DNA of 64,000 bases from a virus. The position numbers and the translations under genes were made by a program. Below are positions 1 through 9,480 of the stretch, piece by piece. The notes under the pieces were generated by a model, which had not been told where the DNA came from, did not search any database, and worked only from the letters and a program-made list of their open reading frames with translations. The stretch spans positions 30,875-94,874 of the IMG/VR virus record IMGVR_UViG_3300032307_000369. The stretch is one strand, 5' to 3'. The number at the start of each line of letters is the position of its first letter. Positions within the stretch are counted from its first letter, which is position 1.

Positions 1-1
1 T

Positions 2-142
2 TGGCTAATGCTACAACTGGCTGAACCAGTTCAAGAAACTAACAATCAACATAGTTGGTGTGCTGAATATAACATAGGTGGAAAGAAATATGATGTACAT
101 TTCTTTCCAAATGAAGATCCGTTTATAGAAGAGTATCTATAA
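2..142 (+). CDS. 3' end of an upstream gene (partial, function unknown)
   Basis: Frame 2 is open from the window edge to TAA at 140-142 (…FFPNEDPFIEEYL*). No start codon inside the window. Confidence 0.3.
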   Translation, partial: WLMLQLAEPVQETNNQHSWCAEYNIGGKKYDVHFFPNEDPFIEEYL

Positions 143-145
143 ATA
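138..145 (+). promoter_or_regulatory. TATAAATA, T4-like late promoter motif
   Basis: Exact TATAAATA about 75 nt upstream of the ATG at 221. The same ATAAATA motif recurs upstream of many + strand genes in this window. Confidence 0.35.
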
Positions 146-220
146 AAATTGTGGATGGTCCACAACTAACACTCTTTAAATGATAGGTACTTAGAGTGTG
201 TACCGTAAAAAGGAAGAAAA

Positions 221-1057
221 ATGATGTATAATCAAAAACTCGTTGCGAGTATAAAAGCTAACGGAAAAGTCCTACGTGAATTCAAGGACACGGTCTATAT
301 TCCATTTGGCAGCGAATATAGCTTCTTAATCAAAAATCTCAATACAACTCGTGCTGTGGTAAATGTGTTTATCGACGGAGAGAATGTCGTTCCTGGCGGA
401 TTGGTCATAGACCCGGGTCGGACTGTCGACTTAGAGCGTTGGATTAAAAACGGCAATCTCTCCGAAGGTAACAAGTTCAAGTTTATTGAACGCACCACTG
501 CCATTGAAGATGGTCCGCGTGGTATCAAACTAGAAGACGGTTTAGTGCGTATTGAATATCAGTTTGAAATTCCAAGACCTGTTATTAACACCAGCTGGCT
601 TAGTGCTAGCGGGTCATCAGGTTTTCCAAACTCAGCAACTTACAGTTCAACAAGTTACAATGTTAACGGTGTGATGCGTAGTGTGGACTTTAGCAAAGGT
701 GAAAATATGAAAGCCTCTGCTACCAGTGCTATGAACTCTACATTACAAAGTATGGGCATCAGTGCTAGTGCTAGTGAATTACATGACGGTATGGCCACTA
801 TGGATTGGAATGATGTAGGAATTACTGTCCCAGGTAGCAAGAGTGAACAAAAGTTTCAAACTACTACTGTTGGTGTACTAGATCCTACAATACACAACAT
901 TGTATTGAAATTGGTTGGCGACTTGGGCAACAATAAGCCGGTCACTAAACCAGTCACAGTTGCTCACAAACCAAAGTGTGTGACATGCGGAAAACAAAAT
1001 CGAGCTCATGCTAAATTTTGCGTAGAGTGTGGAACAGCATTGGAAATTTTCGCATAA
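221..1057 (+). CDS. hypothetical protein with C-terminal double zinc ribbon
   Basis: SD AGGAAG upstream. C-terminus CVTCGK…FCVECGTAL is a CxxC…CxxC zinc-ribbon signature. N-terminal 230 aa match nothing recognisable. Confidence 0.6.
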   Translation: MMYNQKLVASIKANGKVLREFKDTVYIPFGSEYSFLIKNLNTTRAVVNVFIDGENVVPGGLVIDPGRTVDLERWIKNGNLSEGNKFKFIERTTAIEDGPRGIKLEDGLVRIEYQFEIPRPVINTSWLSASGSSGFPNSATYSSTSYNVNGVMRSVDFSKGENMKASATSAMNSTLQSMGISASASELHDGMATMDWNDVGITVPGSKSEQKFQTTTVGVLDPTIHNIVLKLVGDLGNNKPVTKPVTVAHKPKCVTCGKQNRAHAKFCVECGTALEIFA

Positions 1058-1066
1058 GGTAGTAAC

Positions 1067-1306
1067 ATGGCAAGTCTAGCTGAATATTTTGCAAACAAAG
1101 ATCATTATAAGCCTAAGTGGGAATACGGTACCCGTGTGTTTGGTTATTGGAATAAAATTCCGTTTGTAGGCATGATCGTTGCTGACAGAGAAAAGGATCA
1201 CATCCTAGTTCATGCAGACTTGCCAATTAAATTTGATGACAAGTTACACAATGTCATAGTGGTTAAACATAGAGACATCAAATCTAAATTGCAGTCTCTT
1301 TTGTAA
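1067..1306 (+). CDS. hypothetical protein (79 aa)
   Basis: ORF immediately downstream of the previous gene, with ATG preceded by a purine-rich stretch. Confidence 0.45.
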   Translation: MASLAEYFANKDHYKPKWEYGTRVFGYWNKIPFVGMIVADREKDHILVHADLPIKFDDKLHNVIVVKHRDIKSKLQSLL

Positions 1307-1353
1307 CCATAAATAGATTGTTGGATTTCTTCCAACATTTTTAAGGAGAAGCA

Positions 1354-2391
1354 ATGGACTTTGTATTAAACGTTCTTTTAAAGAACATATCATACCTATG
1401 GATGATATTCTTCATTATGATCTCAGCTGGACTAGCAAAAGAGTATCAACTCTTCGCCCCGGCTTTTGCCTATGTAAGAAATGTATTCCGTAGCAACAGG
1501 TTCGTTCTAGTTATCCTTAGTGCGATTGGGGGTATTCTCCCCATAGAGGGCCGGGTCACAGTGTCAGCAGGCTTGCTTGACACTGTTGCTCCAAAAGATG
1601 GTCCAGGTCGTGAAAAGATGGGTATTATTGATTATATGGCAACGCACCACTATTATATGTGGTCGCCGTTGGAAAAATCAGTAGTCATTCCTATTGCGGC
1701 TTTTGGTCTGTCTTATGCGGCATGGATCGGCATGATAGCTCCAGTTTTAATTGCTAGTATTTTATTCATTGGTTGGTACATTTGGTACAAGACCAAAGAA
1801 GACGATCTAGTAATTGTTCCTGGAAATTTTAAACTAAGTCAAGTAATGCGCAGTAGCGTTCCTATGTTTGTGGCCATTGGCGCTTACATATGGAGTGACA
1901 ACTTCATTGCCTGTTTTGGTTTATTATCGCTCTACTATGTTATCATAACTCAACAATGGAATCTAAAGAAACTTTTAGGTTATGTTAATTGGGAAGTGAT
2001 TGCTACAGTAGCAGTGGTCATCGTACTAGGAAACTATTTTAAATCCGAAGAAGCATATTTTACTGAACTGATTAAGGGAACAGCTATTGATCCTGCAACA
2101 TTAATTGGTATGGTAATTATTAGTGCTCTAGGATTTTTTGGCAGTTTTGCTATGGGCAGTAGCAGTAAGTTTATAGCGTTGGCTGTATTGATGGCTCAAA
2201 TCTTTGGAGTTGAGTACTTCTTATGGTTCTTCGTGGTTGACTATGCTGGTTACTTGTTAAGCCCAACTCATAAATGTGTAATGATTGGTAACCGATATTT
2301 TGGTACACCGTTAAAAACATATTATGCCGCATTAGGGGCATGGGTTGGTATCATGGCCGTAACAGCTGGGACGATCGTGTTTATTATCTAA
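1354..2391 (+). CDS. polytopic integral membrane protein, unknown family
   Basis: Strong SD TAAGGAG 7 nt upstream. Translation shows about 10 hydrophobic helices. Followed by a rho-independent terminator. Confidence 0.6.
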   Translation: MDFVLNVLLKNISYLWMIFFIMISAGLAKEYQLFAPAFAYVRNVFRSNRFVLVILSAIGGILPIEGRVTVSAGLLDTVAPKDGPGREKMGIIDYMATHHYYMWSPLEKSVVIPIAAFGLSYAAWIGMIAPVLIASILFIGWYIWYKTKEDDLVIVPGNFKLSQVMRSSVPMFVAIGAYIWSDNFIACFGLLSLYYVIITQQWNLKKLLGYVNWEVIATVAVVIVLGNYFKSEEAYFTELIKGTAIDPATLIGMVIISALGFFGSFAMGSSSKFIALAVLMAQIFGVEYFLWFFVVDYAGYLLSPTHKCVMIGNRYFGTPLKTYYAALGAWVGIMAVTAGTIVFII

Positions 2392-2396
2392 ACACA

Positions 2397-2425
2397 AGAG
2401 GGGCAGTAAGCCCCTCTTCTTAATT
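2397..2425 (+). terminator. rho-independent terminator
   Basis: AGAGGGGC-agtaa-GCCCCTCT, a perfect 8-bp GC-rich stem followed by TCTTAATT, lying 6 nt after the stop codon. Confidence 0.6.
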
Positions 2426-2500
2426 AAAAATATCGACTAGTATAACTAGTCGCTTGAGAATCGGAAGACGGCTCTCAACTTAAATCCAAAAGGTGATTAT

Positions 2501-3394
2501 ATGAAACAAATAGCAATATTAGCTATACTATTGGCATCTACATCAATAGCTATGGCGCAGAGTAGAATTGGCACTATTGCCGATGAAGTAGTAAAAGAAA
2601 CATCAACAAAGCAAAATCTTCCAGATCTTTCTGGAGAGTCACAAACACTGCCACCAGTAGTAGTCACAGCAGAAAAAATAAATCAGTTTGATCGAGTTGG
2701 TCCATACAATCAGCCAGTATGGACTACTACTAGAATGTTCCCTAGTACTAGAACTTATGTTATGACTCCGCCAGGTACAGTTATGTACGAAAAATGGTTT
2801 GACTTTAGAAATAGACGTAATGGTCCAACTCAGATTCGTATGCGTGATGAATTGGCTTTTGGTCTAGGAAATAGATTAGAACTAGACCTATACGCACACA
2901 CAGTTTATGATGGACCGTCAGAACAGAAAGAATTCAACTGGCGTGGCTTTAGTTGGGAGATACGATATGCTCTAGCTGATTGGGGCAAAATACCTGGTAA
3001 CCCTACGCTGTACTTTGAACATAAGTTAATTAACGGTCGTCAAGGAATTGAACCTAAACTTTTACTAGGGGACAGAATTGGTGAAACGGATTATATTTGG
3101 AGTGCCAACTTTATATATGAAGCTAACCTTGCCAAAGCCAATGCTGACAAAGAACGAGAGTACGCCGCTACATTTAGTTTAGGCAAGATTATTGATAATG
3201 ATCTTATGCTTGGATTCTCGTCTATGTATCGCTATCATAACTATGATCAAAACATTGAAGAGCTTTATGCTGGTCCGGTAGTAAATTGGCGGATCAGTAA
3301 ACAGGCTAGACTTAGTTTTGAACACATGCCTAGAATTAGAAGTGATGGATACAACGACAGCAGAAGTTTGTTTATTTTTGGATGGACTCTTTAA
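2501..3394 (+). CDS. secreted / outer-membrane-like protein, possibly a beta-barrel
   Basis: SD AAAGGTGA. N-terminal signal peptide MKQIAILAILLASTSIAMAQ. Alternating amphipathic strands and a C-terminal FIFGWTL. The specific family is uncertain. Confidence 0.5.
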   Translation: MKQIAILAILLASTSIAMAQSRIGTIADEVVKETSTKQNLPDLSGESQTLPPVVVTAEKINQFDRVGPYNQPVWTTTRMFPSTRTYVMTPPGTVMYEKWFDFRNRRNGPTQIRMRDELAFGLGNRLELDLYAHTVYDGPSEQKEFNWRGFSWEIRYALADWGKIPGNPTLYFEHKLINGRQGIEPKLLLGDRIGETDYIWSANFIYEANLAKANADKEREYAATFSLGKIIDNDLMLGFSSMYRYHNYDQNIEELYAGPVVNWRISKQARLSFEHMPRIRSDGYNDSRSLFIFGWTL

Positions 3395-3416
3395 TATCAA
3401 AAAATCCTATTTGCTA

Positions 3417-3445
3417 TTGACTTAGGAAATAAATAGTATTATACT
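3417..3445 (+). promoter_or_regulatory. sigma70-like promoter, TTGACT-N17-TATACT
   Basis: Consensus-like -35 and -10 boxes with a 17-bp spacer, upstream of the dnaK leader. Confidence 0.45.
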
Positions 3446-3494
3446 ATACTATTATAACAGTATCAGAGCATAGCTCTTATTATATTATTAAAGC

Positions 3495-3520
3495 AGTGGG
3501 GGAGAAATCCCCCACTTTAC
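3495..3520 (+). terminator. stable hairpin, terminator or attenuator
   Basis: AGTGGGGGA-gaaa-TCCCCCACT, a 9-bp stem with a GAAA tetraloop, followed by TTTAC. It lies between the promoter at 3417 and dnaK. Confidence 0.4.
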
Positions 3521-3530
3521 AAATATAGAT

Positions 3531-3538
3531 TATAAATA
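3531..3538 (+). promoter_or_regulatory. TATAAATA late-promoter-like motif upstream of dnaK
   Basis: Exact TATAAATA about 78 nt upstream of the dnaK ATG. Confidence 0.3.
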
Positions 3539-3544
3539 ATTGCG

Positions 3545-3572
3545 TTACTGATGCACCTAATGGGCACAGTAA
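3545..3572 (+). promoter_or_regulatory. imperfect inverted repeat, candidate operator in the dnaK leader
   Basis: TTACTGaTGCaCC … GGGCAcAGTAA. The arms are reverse complements with two mismatches. A small GGGC-aaa-GCCC hairpin follows. Confidence 0.3.
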
Positions 3573-3615
3573 AAAGGGCAAAGCCCAAACAGATCTTACT
3601 TTAAAAGGAGATAAA

Positions 3616-5505
3616 ATGTCAAAGATCATCGGTATCGACCTCGGTACAACAAATTCATGCGTAGCCGTTATAGAGAACGGAATCCCCAAAGTTATTGAAA
3701 ACAGCGAAGGTGCTAGAACAACACCATCAATTGTTGCCTATGCCAATAACGAAATCTTAGTAGGTGCTAGCGCCAAACGTCAAGCAGTTACTAATCCTAA
3801 AAATACAATCTATGCTAGTAAGCGTCTAATTGGACGCAAGTTTGAAGAGCAGGCTGTACAAAAAGACATTGACCTAATGCCTTACAAAATTGTTCGTGCA
3901 GACAACGGTGATGCTTGGATTGAAGCTAACAACGACAAACTTGCACCCCCACAAATCTCCGCTGAAGTTCTTCGCAAAATGAAGAAAACTGCTGAAGATT
4001 ACTTGGGCGAAACAGTTACTCAAGCAGTTATCACAGTACCAGCATACTTCAACGATAGTCAACGTCAAGCTACTAAGGATGCAGGTAAGATTGCAGGTTT
4101 AGAAGTATCGCGTATTATTAACGAACCAACTGCGGCTGCTCTTAGCTACGGTGTTGATAAGACTGACAAAGCTGATAGAAAAATTGCTGTTTATGACCTT
4201 GGTGGTGGAACATTTGATGTCAGCATTATTGACATTGCTGATGTTGATGGTGACAAACAAATTGAAGTACTGAGCACTAACGGAGACACGTTCTTGGGTG
4301 GTGAAGACTTTGACCAACGCATCATGGACTACTTAGTTGATGAGTTTAAGAAAGAACAAGGTGTTGACCTTAAGAAAGACATGTTGGCACTACAACGCTT
4401 AAAAGAAGCCAGTGAAAAAGCCAAGATTGAACTATCAAGCAGTGCGCAAACAGATGTAAACTTGCCTTACATTACAGCAGATGCAAGCGGACCTAGACAC
4501 ATGGCAATTAAATTGACTCGTGCTAAATTTGAGTCAATGGTTGAAGATTTGATTCAGCGCAGTTTAGATCCATGCCGTCAAGCTATGAAAGATGCAGGCG
4601 TGACAGCTAGCGACATTGACGAAGTTATTTTGGTTGGTGGTCAAACCCGTATGCCTAAGGTGCAAGAAGAAGTTGAAAAACTTTTTGGTAAGGCTCCACG
4701 TCGTGATGTAAATCCTGACGAAGCTGTTGCAGTTGGTGCGGCAATTCAAGGCGCTGTTCTAGGTGGTGATCGTAAAGACGTATTGCTATTAGACGTAACT
4801 CCTTTGAGTCTTGGTATTGAGACACTGGGTGGTGTGATGACCAAGATCATTCAAAAGAACACAACTATCCCAACTAAAGGACAACAAACTTTCTCTACAG
4901 CAGAAGATAATCAACCAGCTGTGACAATCAAGGTGTTCCAAGGCGAACGTGAACTTTGTCAGCATAATAAAATGTTAGGTGAATTTAATCTTGAAGGTAT
5001 TGCTCCAGCACGTCGTGGTCAGCCACAGATTGAAGTTACTTTTGACATTGATGCTAACGGCATTATGAACATTAGTGCTAAAGACAAATCAACTGGCAAA
5101 GAAAACAAGATCACTATTAAATCTGATAGCGGCTTGAGCAAAGAAGAAATTGAAAAAATGATTCAAGATGCTGAAGCAAATGCTGAGGCTGATAAGAAAG
5201 CACGTGAACTAATTGATTCTCGCAACAATGCAGAATCGCAAGTACACTCTGTTAAGAAAGACTTAACAGAATATGGTAGTAAAATTACTGAAGCTGATAA
5301 GTCTAACATAGAAACTGCTATTACACATGTAGAAGATTCTATCAAAGGCAATGATGCTGAAGTGATTACTAAATCAGTAAGTGCATTGTTTGAAGCAATG
5401 ACACCACTGATTCAAGCAAAGACTAGTACTGCTTCAGAAAGCAACAACAATAATCAAGACGATGTTGTTGATGCTCAATACACTGAAACACCTAAGTCTG
5501 AATAA
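3616..5505 (+). CDS. dnaK: molecular chaperone DnaK (Hsp70)
   Basis: SD AAAGGAG. Full-length Hsp70 signatures [18 protein letters not shown] and [11 protein letters not shown], collinear with proteobacterial DnaK from the nucleotide-binding domain to the acidic C-terminus. Confidence 0.95.
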   Translation: MSKIIGIDLGTTNSCVAVIENGIPKVIENSEGARTTPSIVAYANNEILVGASAKRQAVTNPKNTIYASKRLIGRKFEEQAVQKDIDLMPYKIVRADNGDAWIEANNDKLAPPQISAEVLRKMKKTAEDYLGETVTQAVITVPAYFNDSQRQATKDAGKIAGLEVSRIINEPTAAALSYGVDKTDKADRKIAVYDLGGGTFDVSIIDIADVDGDKQIEVLSTNGDTFLGGEDFDQRIMDYLVDEFKKEQGVDLKKDMLALQRLKEASEKAKIELSSSAQTDVNLPYITADASGPRHMAIKLTRAKFESMVEDLIQRSLDPCRQAMKDAGVTASDIDEVILVGGQTRMPKVQEEVEKLFGKAPRRDVNPDEAVAVGAAIQGAVLGGDRKDVLLLDVTPLSLGIETLGGVMTKIIQKNTTIPTKGQQTFSTAEDNQPAVTIKVFQGERELCQHNKMLGEFNLEGIAPARRGQPQIEVTFDIDANGIMNISAKDKSTGKENKITIKSDSGLSKEEIEKMIQDAEANAEADKKARELIDSRNNAESQVHSVKKDLTEYGSKITEADKSNIETAITHVEDSIKGNDAEVITKSVSALFEAMTPLIQAKTSTASESNNNNQDDVVDAQYTETPKSE

Positions 5506-5553
5506 GGTACCTTTAAGGGCCTAATTTGATTCTTACTTTAAAAGGAGATTATC

Positions 5554-5988
5554 ATGAATCAACTAAGAACTATAGATGCAGATACATTAACAAAAGCTCT
5601 AATTGGATTTGACACAATGTTTGATCAATTCGAACGTAGATTTTCTAATTCAATTAGCAACACTTACCCTCCTCATAATGTTATCAAAATTGATGACAAC
5701 AATTATGAGATCCAAGTGGCTGTGACTGGTTTTGGAAAAGACGAAGTCACTGTTGAACTTGATCAAAATGTATTAATTGTGACTGCTGGTAGAGATGTTG
5801 CAGAAGATGAAAAGACATATCTACACCGAGGACTTGCACAACGCAATTTTGTTCGCAACTTCCCGCTTGCTGAACATATTGAGGTTAAAGGTGCAGAACA
5901 AAAGAATGGCATCTTGTCAATTAGACTAGAACGCCTTGTTCCAGAAGCACTCAAGCCACGTCGAATTAATATCACGTATTCAGAGTAA
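5554..5988 (+). CDS. small heat-shock protein, Hsp20/alpha-crystallin family (IbpA-like)
   Basis: SD AAAGGAG. Alpha-crystallin domain architecture (…YEIQVAVTGFGKDEVTVELDQNVLIVTAG…, GILSIRL). Followed by a terminator. Confidence 0.8.
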   Translation: MNQLRTIDADTLTKALIGFDTMFDQFERRFSNSISNTYPPHNVIKIDDNNYEIQVAVTGFGKDEVTVELDQNVLIVTAGRDVAEDEKTYLHRGLAQRNFVRNFPLAEHIEVKGAEQKNGILSIRLERLVPEALKPRRINITYSE

Positions 5989-5992
5989 TTGG

Positions 5993-6025
5993 CAAAGGGG
6001 CCACTTGTGCCCCTTTGTTATTTGT
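5993..6025 (+). terminator. rho-independent terminator
   Basis: CAAAGGGGC-cacttgt-GCCCCTTTG followed by TTATTTGT. Confidence 0.65.
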
Positions 6026-6060
6026 AGTATAATAAGTAAAAATAATATTTAGGAAATTAA

Positions 6061-6363
6061 ATGGGTGAAATTGCTACCAAACAAAAAAGTCTAGTAACTA
6101 CAGATCTAATTGAACCTAGAAAGTTCAAAGTGATCTTCTTCAATGATGACAAAACTCCAATGGACTTTGTTATAGATTTGCTAATCAACTTGTTTAACCA
6201 TGATCAAACTAGTAGCAGTAAATTAACAATGGAAATTCATCATGAAGGCTCAGCAGTGGTTGGTGTTTATCCTTATGAAATAGCCGAGCAAAAAGGAATT
6301 GAATCCACACACATTGCACGACAAGCAGGATACCCATTACTAATTAAAGTTGAATCGGAGTAA
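6061..6363 (+). CDS. clpS: ATP-dependent Clp protease adaptor ClpS
   Basis: ClpS core KVIFFNDDKTPMDFVIDLL…HHEGSAVVGVYPYEIAE, about 100 aa, with an SD upstream. Confidence 0.8.
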   Translation: MGEIATKQKSLVTTDLIEPRKFKVIFFNDDKTPMDFVIDLLINLFNHDQTSSSKLTMEIHHEGSAVVGVYPYEIAEQKGIESTHIARQAGYPLLIKVESE

Positions 6364-6365
6364 AG

Positions 6366-6911
6366 ATGAGTTTACGGGAAATTACTAAAGATCTACATCA
6401 CGAAGCAGAAACAACAAAGTTTGCTAAGATGCTACTAAGTGGTAAAATTGGCAAGGAAGATTACAGAAACTATCTGTATAACTTACTAGCAATTTACGAT
6501 CCAATTGAGTGGTACTGTAAACGTCAGGGCTTTCTTACTAACATGCCAGACCTGCCAAGACTCAAGTCTATCTATGCAGATTTTACAGAATTAGATGAGT
6601 GCGGATATTACTACCTAACTCCTGCTACATTAGAATATCAAACATACTTACATAAACTAGGCAATGATCCAGAACGTAAACATCTTGTTAAGGCGCATTT
6701 ATATTGCCGCCATATGGGCGACCTATTCGGTGGCCAAATCATTAAGAAGCAAGTAGCACATATTTCAAGTGGTAAGTTTTACGACTTTGAAAATGCTGAT
6801 GCTATGAAGATGGCTATTCGTGAAACACTTACAGATGACTTGGGTGACGAAGCTCGGGTGGCATTTGAATTTGCTATTAAAATGATGCGTGATCTCTATG
6901 CCGGAGAGTAA
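6366..6911 (+). CDS. heme oxygenase (short HO family)
   Basis: LREITKDLHHEAE…, LYCRHMGDLFGGQIIKK matches the HO proximal and distal helix motifs (RYLGDLSGGQ). The start is coupled to the clpS stop. Confidence 0.7.
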   Translation: MSLREITKDLHHEAETTKFAKMLLSGKIGKEDYRNYLYNLLAIYDPIEWYCKRQGFLTNMPDLPRLKSIYADFTELDECGYYYLTPATLEYQTYLHKLGNDPERKHLVKAHLYCRHMGDLFGGQIIKKQVAHISSGKFYDFENADAMKMAIRETLTDDLGDEARVAFEFAIKMMRDLYAGE

Positions 6912-7584
6912 AGTATGGGACACCCTAATTGAAATCCAAGCTCTACTTGAGACGTCCTTTGAAAAAACAGGAGTCGAAGTCTTCGAGCCTGGCATGGATC
7001 GTTTTAATCAACCTGGTTGGGTTAATCGTGTATGGACTAGCGATAAGTATCGTAGGGCCCACGTTGATGTCGTCGATGCTAGGCTAACCAAAGGTCTTTG
7101 GATGATGCACTGTTGCATCTTCCCGCATACACATAATCCAGCTCCAATTTACGGCTTTGATGTTATTGCTGGTAAGAATAAAATTACTGGCTGTTTCCAC
7201 GACTATTCAAAAGCAGGTGATCCTAATCATCCCATGATGCAGTGGTTTCATGATGAAGTCAGTAAGTTAGAATGGCGCAGAGAGCGAACTTTACCTGAAT
7301 GGGCCACTAACATTTTTAGTGGTAGCATGGTTGCCGCAGGCAATGTACAAGATGAACAAGAACTAGAGCAAATTACTAATCTTGCTAAAACCACTATAGA
7401 ACACTATCTAAGCACAGTTGCTGATACTAACAATACCGTTCCTGATACTACATGGGATCAAAACTACTACGCACAGAATCAAAAATGTAACCCGCATACA
7501 CCCAGAGTTATGGTTAGTTTAGGGCTTTCAGAAGATGATGTCAAGCATTTTATACAGGAATGTCTGTTTCCAGAGATTCGATAA
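6889..7584 (+). CDS. ferredoxin-dependent bilin reductase family (PebS/PcyA/PcyX-like)
   Basis: About 230 aa directly downstream of heme oxygenase and overlapping its end. The size, acidic/aromatic composition and synteny (HO then FDBR) match phage bilin reductases. The start is GTG at 6889 or ATG at 6898. Confidence 0.5.
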   Translation: MISMPESKVWDTLIEIQALLETSFEKTGVEVFEPGMDRFNQPGWVNRVWTSDKYRRAHVDVVDARLTKGLWMMHCCIFPHTHNPAPIYGFDVIAGKNKITGCFHDYSKAGDPNHPMMQWFHDEVSKLEWRRERTLPEWATNIFSGSMVAAGNVQDEQELEQITNLAKTTIEHYLSTVADTNNTVPDTTWDQNYYAQNQKCNPHTPRVMVSLGLSEDDVKHFIQECLFPEIR

Positions 7585-7594
7585 ATAATACATT

Positions 7595-9406
7595 ATGCGT
7601 TTAGATGAATTTCAATTAGCGGGACAAGTCCCTTCAACTGTACAAAGAGCTGTTCCAGCAACGGCTCAACCCACTGCACAACCAGCAATGTCCACAACGG
7701 GCACTGGAGCAACTGAACAAGATGCAAAAAATGCTCTTATATCTCTTGTAGATAATAGTAAAGATTTGCCACCAGATTCGCCAGTTCATGAATTTGTAAA
7801 CAAGTTCTTAAATACAATCTTAACTCACATACAAGATATACCAGTTCAAGAAGCATCAAAAATGCTTCAGAATATACAAGATGCTAACTCTGAACTTCTT
7901 CAAACAATACTGTTAAATCTACAACAACTGACCCCAGAAGAATTAGCTATCGTAACTTCAGAAACCTCAGACATTAATGCAAAAGTTGAAGCAGTTAAGA
8001 AAATTGCAGATAGACTGTTAAAAACAAAGCCAGTACAAAAGGCGTTCAATAAACAAGTGGCCACTATTGAATTAGACGTTAAAGGTAATATTGGTAAACT
8101 TGACAGCGCAATTGAAAAACGAGCACAAAAATTTGCTAGAGATTTTGGACTACCATTGAAGTGGGCTAGAAACTTGATTGGTATGTTTGATGTAAACATT
8201 ACTAGAGAACAACGTGATGAATTTTTAGCCGCATGTGAAGCAGGAACTGCTCTAGATGTTGGTCAAATGATACAAGATGGTGAAGGCAAAGTTGAAGATT
8301 ACGTACTACTAACACAGCCTAAAATTAAAGAAGTATTTGACAGTGTAAAAGATACTCTATTAGACATTTCATTAAGTACAGGTCAACGTGGTGCCACAGG
8401 ACCTTTTGAGGCCATGATGGCTATCATGGGAGGTTGTAAAAAGCCTGCACCAAATGAGGGCGGAGACCTTAAAACTAAAGATGGCTTAAAACTTGAAGTT
8501 AAAGCCACTTCTATTAGTCCAAGTACAGAATCTCCAACTTCTGGAGGTAATACTAATGCATGGTTAGATTCTACTGCTGGAAAAGAAATTTCTGGATCTG
8601 CATTGAGAAAAGTGGCCAACGAATGGCTAAGAGATGTTGCTCCTGAAGCGTTAACTGATAAAAAATTCCAAACTGTTTGGAAAAAGGCTGATTTTAGATC
8701 AGGTGGGTTATCAAGTCTAAAAGAAGCACTAATAATGTTGAGAGATTTAGCTTACAAACCAGCTCCTGGCAAAAAGCTAATAACTGCCATGATGGCTGAA
8801 ATGTATCCGAACATCACAAATCTTCAAAGTGAAGGTTACGATTTTGATGCCGCTTGTATGAGAATACTGAGTGCTATTGGAAAAAGCACAGGGGACATCA
8901 AAGCAGACAAACCATTTAAAGATGCAATTGCTAAAGAGCAAGGAGTCATGGGCTTGTTAGAGTATATTAAAGGAAAAGGTAATGACGGATTTGTTTTCTT
9001 TAATAGTTCAACACAAAAATTTAAAATTGTAATTGGTGTTAAAGGTGTAATTGCAGAGTTAGGTGCTAAAGATTCTAACTTGCACTTTGATGCTCCAATG
9101 ACCATGGGCGGTTCTGCTAAGGCTAGTGCAGGCGTATATTATGGTGCAAAACCAGGAAGTCCAGAAGGCCAAGAATACTTGCAAAAATTCAACTCAAGTC
9201 CAGAAAGAGTTGAACTATATAGACAAGTACAACTGGCAAAACAAGCGGCAGCTCAAAACAAATCATTAGCCATGATTGAAGCCGCAAAAGAAGGCTTAAC
9301 AGAATTTGAGTTTGAAGGTAAAAAATATTCTGTATCTAAAGCCGCTTTAAAGAAATATTTTGAGCCTGACATCCCAATGTCTAGAACCAAAAAGAAAACC
9401 CGTTAA
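7595..9406 (+). CDS. hypothetical protein (603 aa)
   Basis: Long uninterrupted ORF with a Pro/Thr/Ala-rich N-terminus and no recognisable motif. Confidence 0.55.
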   Translation: MRLDEFQLAGQVPSTVQRAVPATAQPTAQPAMSTTGTGATEQDAKNALISLVDNSKDLPPDSPVHEFVNKFLNTILTHIQDIPVQEASKMLQNIQDANSELLQTILLNLQQLTPEELAIVTSETSDINAKVEAVKKIADRLLKTKPVQKAFNKQVATIELDVKGNIGKLDSAIEKRAQKFARDFGLPLKWARNLIGMFDVNITREQRDEFLAACEAGTALDVGQMIQDGEGKVEDYVLLTQPKIKEVFDSVKDTLLDISLSTGQRGATGPFEAMMAIMGGCKKPAPNEGGDLKTKDGLKLEVKATSISPSTESPTSGGNTNAWLDSTAGKEISGSALRKVANEWLRDVAPEALTDKKFQTVWKKADFRSGGLSSLKEALIMLRDLAYKPAPGKKLITAMMAEMYPNITNLQSEGYDFDAACMRILSAIGKSTGDIKADKPFKDAIAKEQGVMGLLEYIKGKGNDGFVFFNSSTQKFKIVIGVKGVIAELGAKDSNLHFDAPMTMGGSAKASAGVYYGAKPGSPEGQEYLQKFNSSPERVELYRQVQLAKQAAAQNKSLAMIEAAKEGLTEFEFEGKKYSVSKAALKKYFEPDIPMSRTKKKTR

Positions 9407-9480
9407 ACACTAATTCACTAAGCATTTAATTTGTTGCCAGTTCTCCGTTAAATAATAATGACGGAATTCGGAGAGCGAGC

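Noticed and set aside
3495-3520. Hairpin upstream of dnaK as an RNA thermometer
   Set aside because: It lies about 95 nt upstream of the SD and cannot occlude it. A terminator/attenuator role is more plausible.
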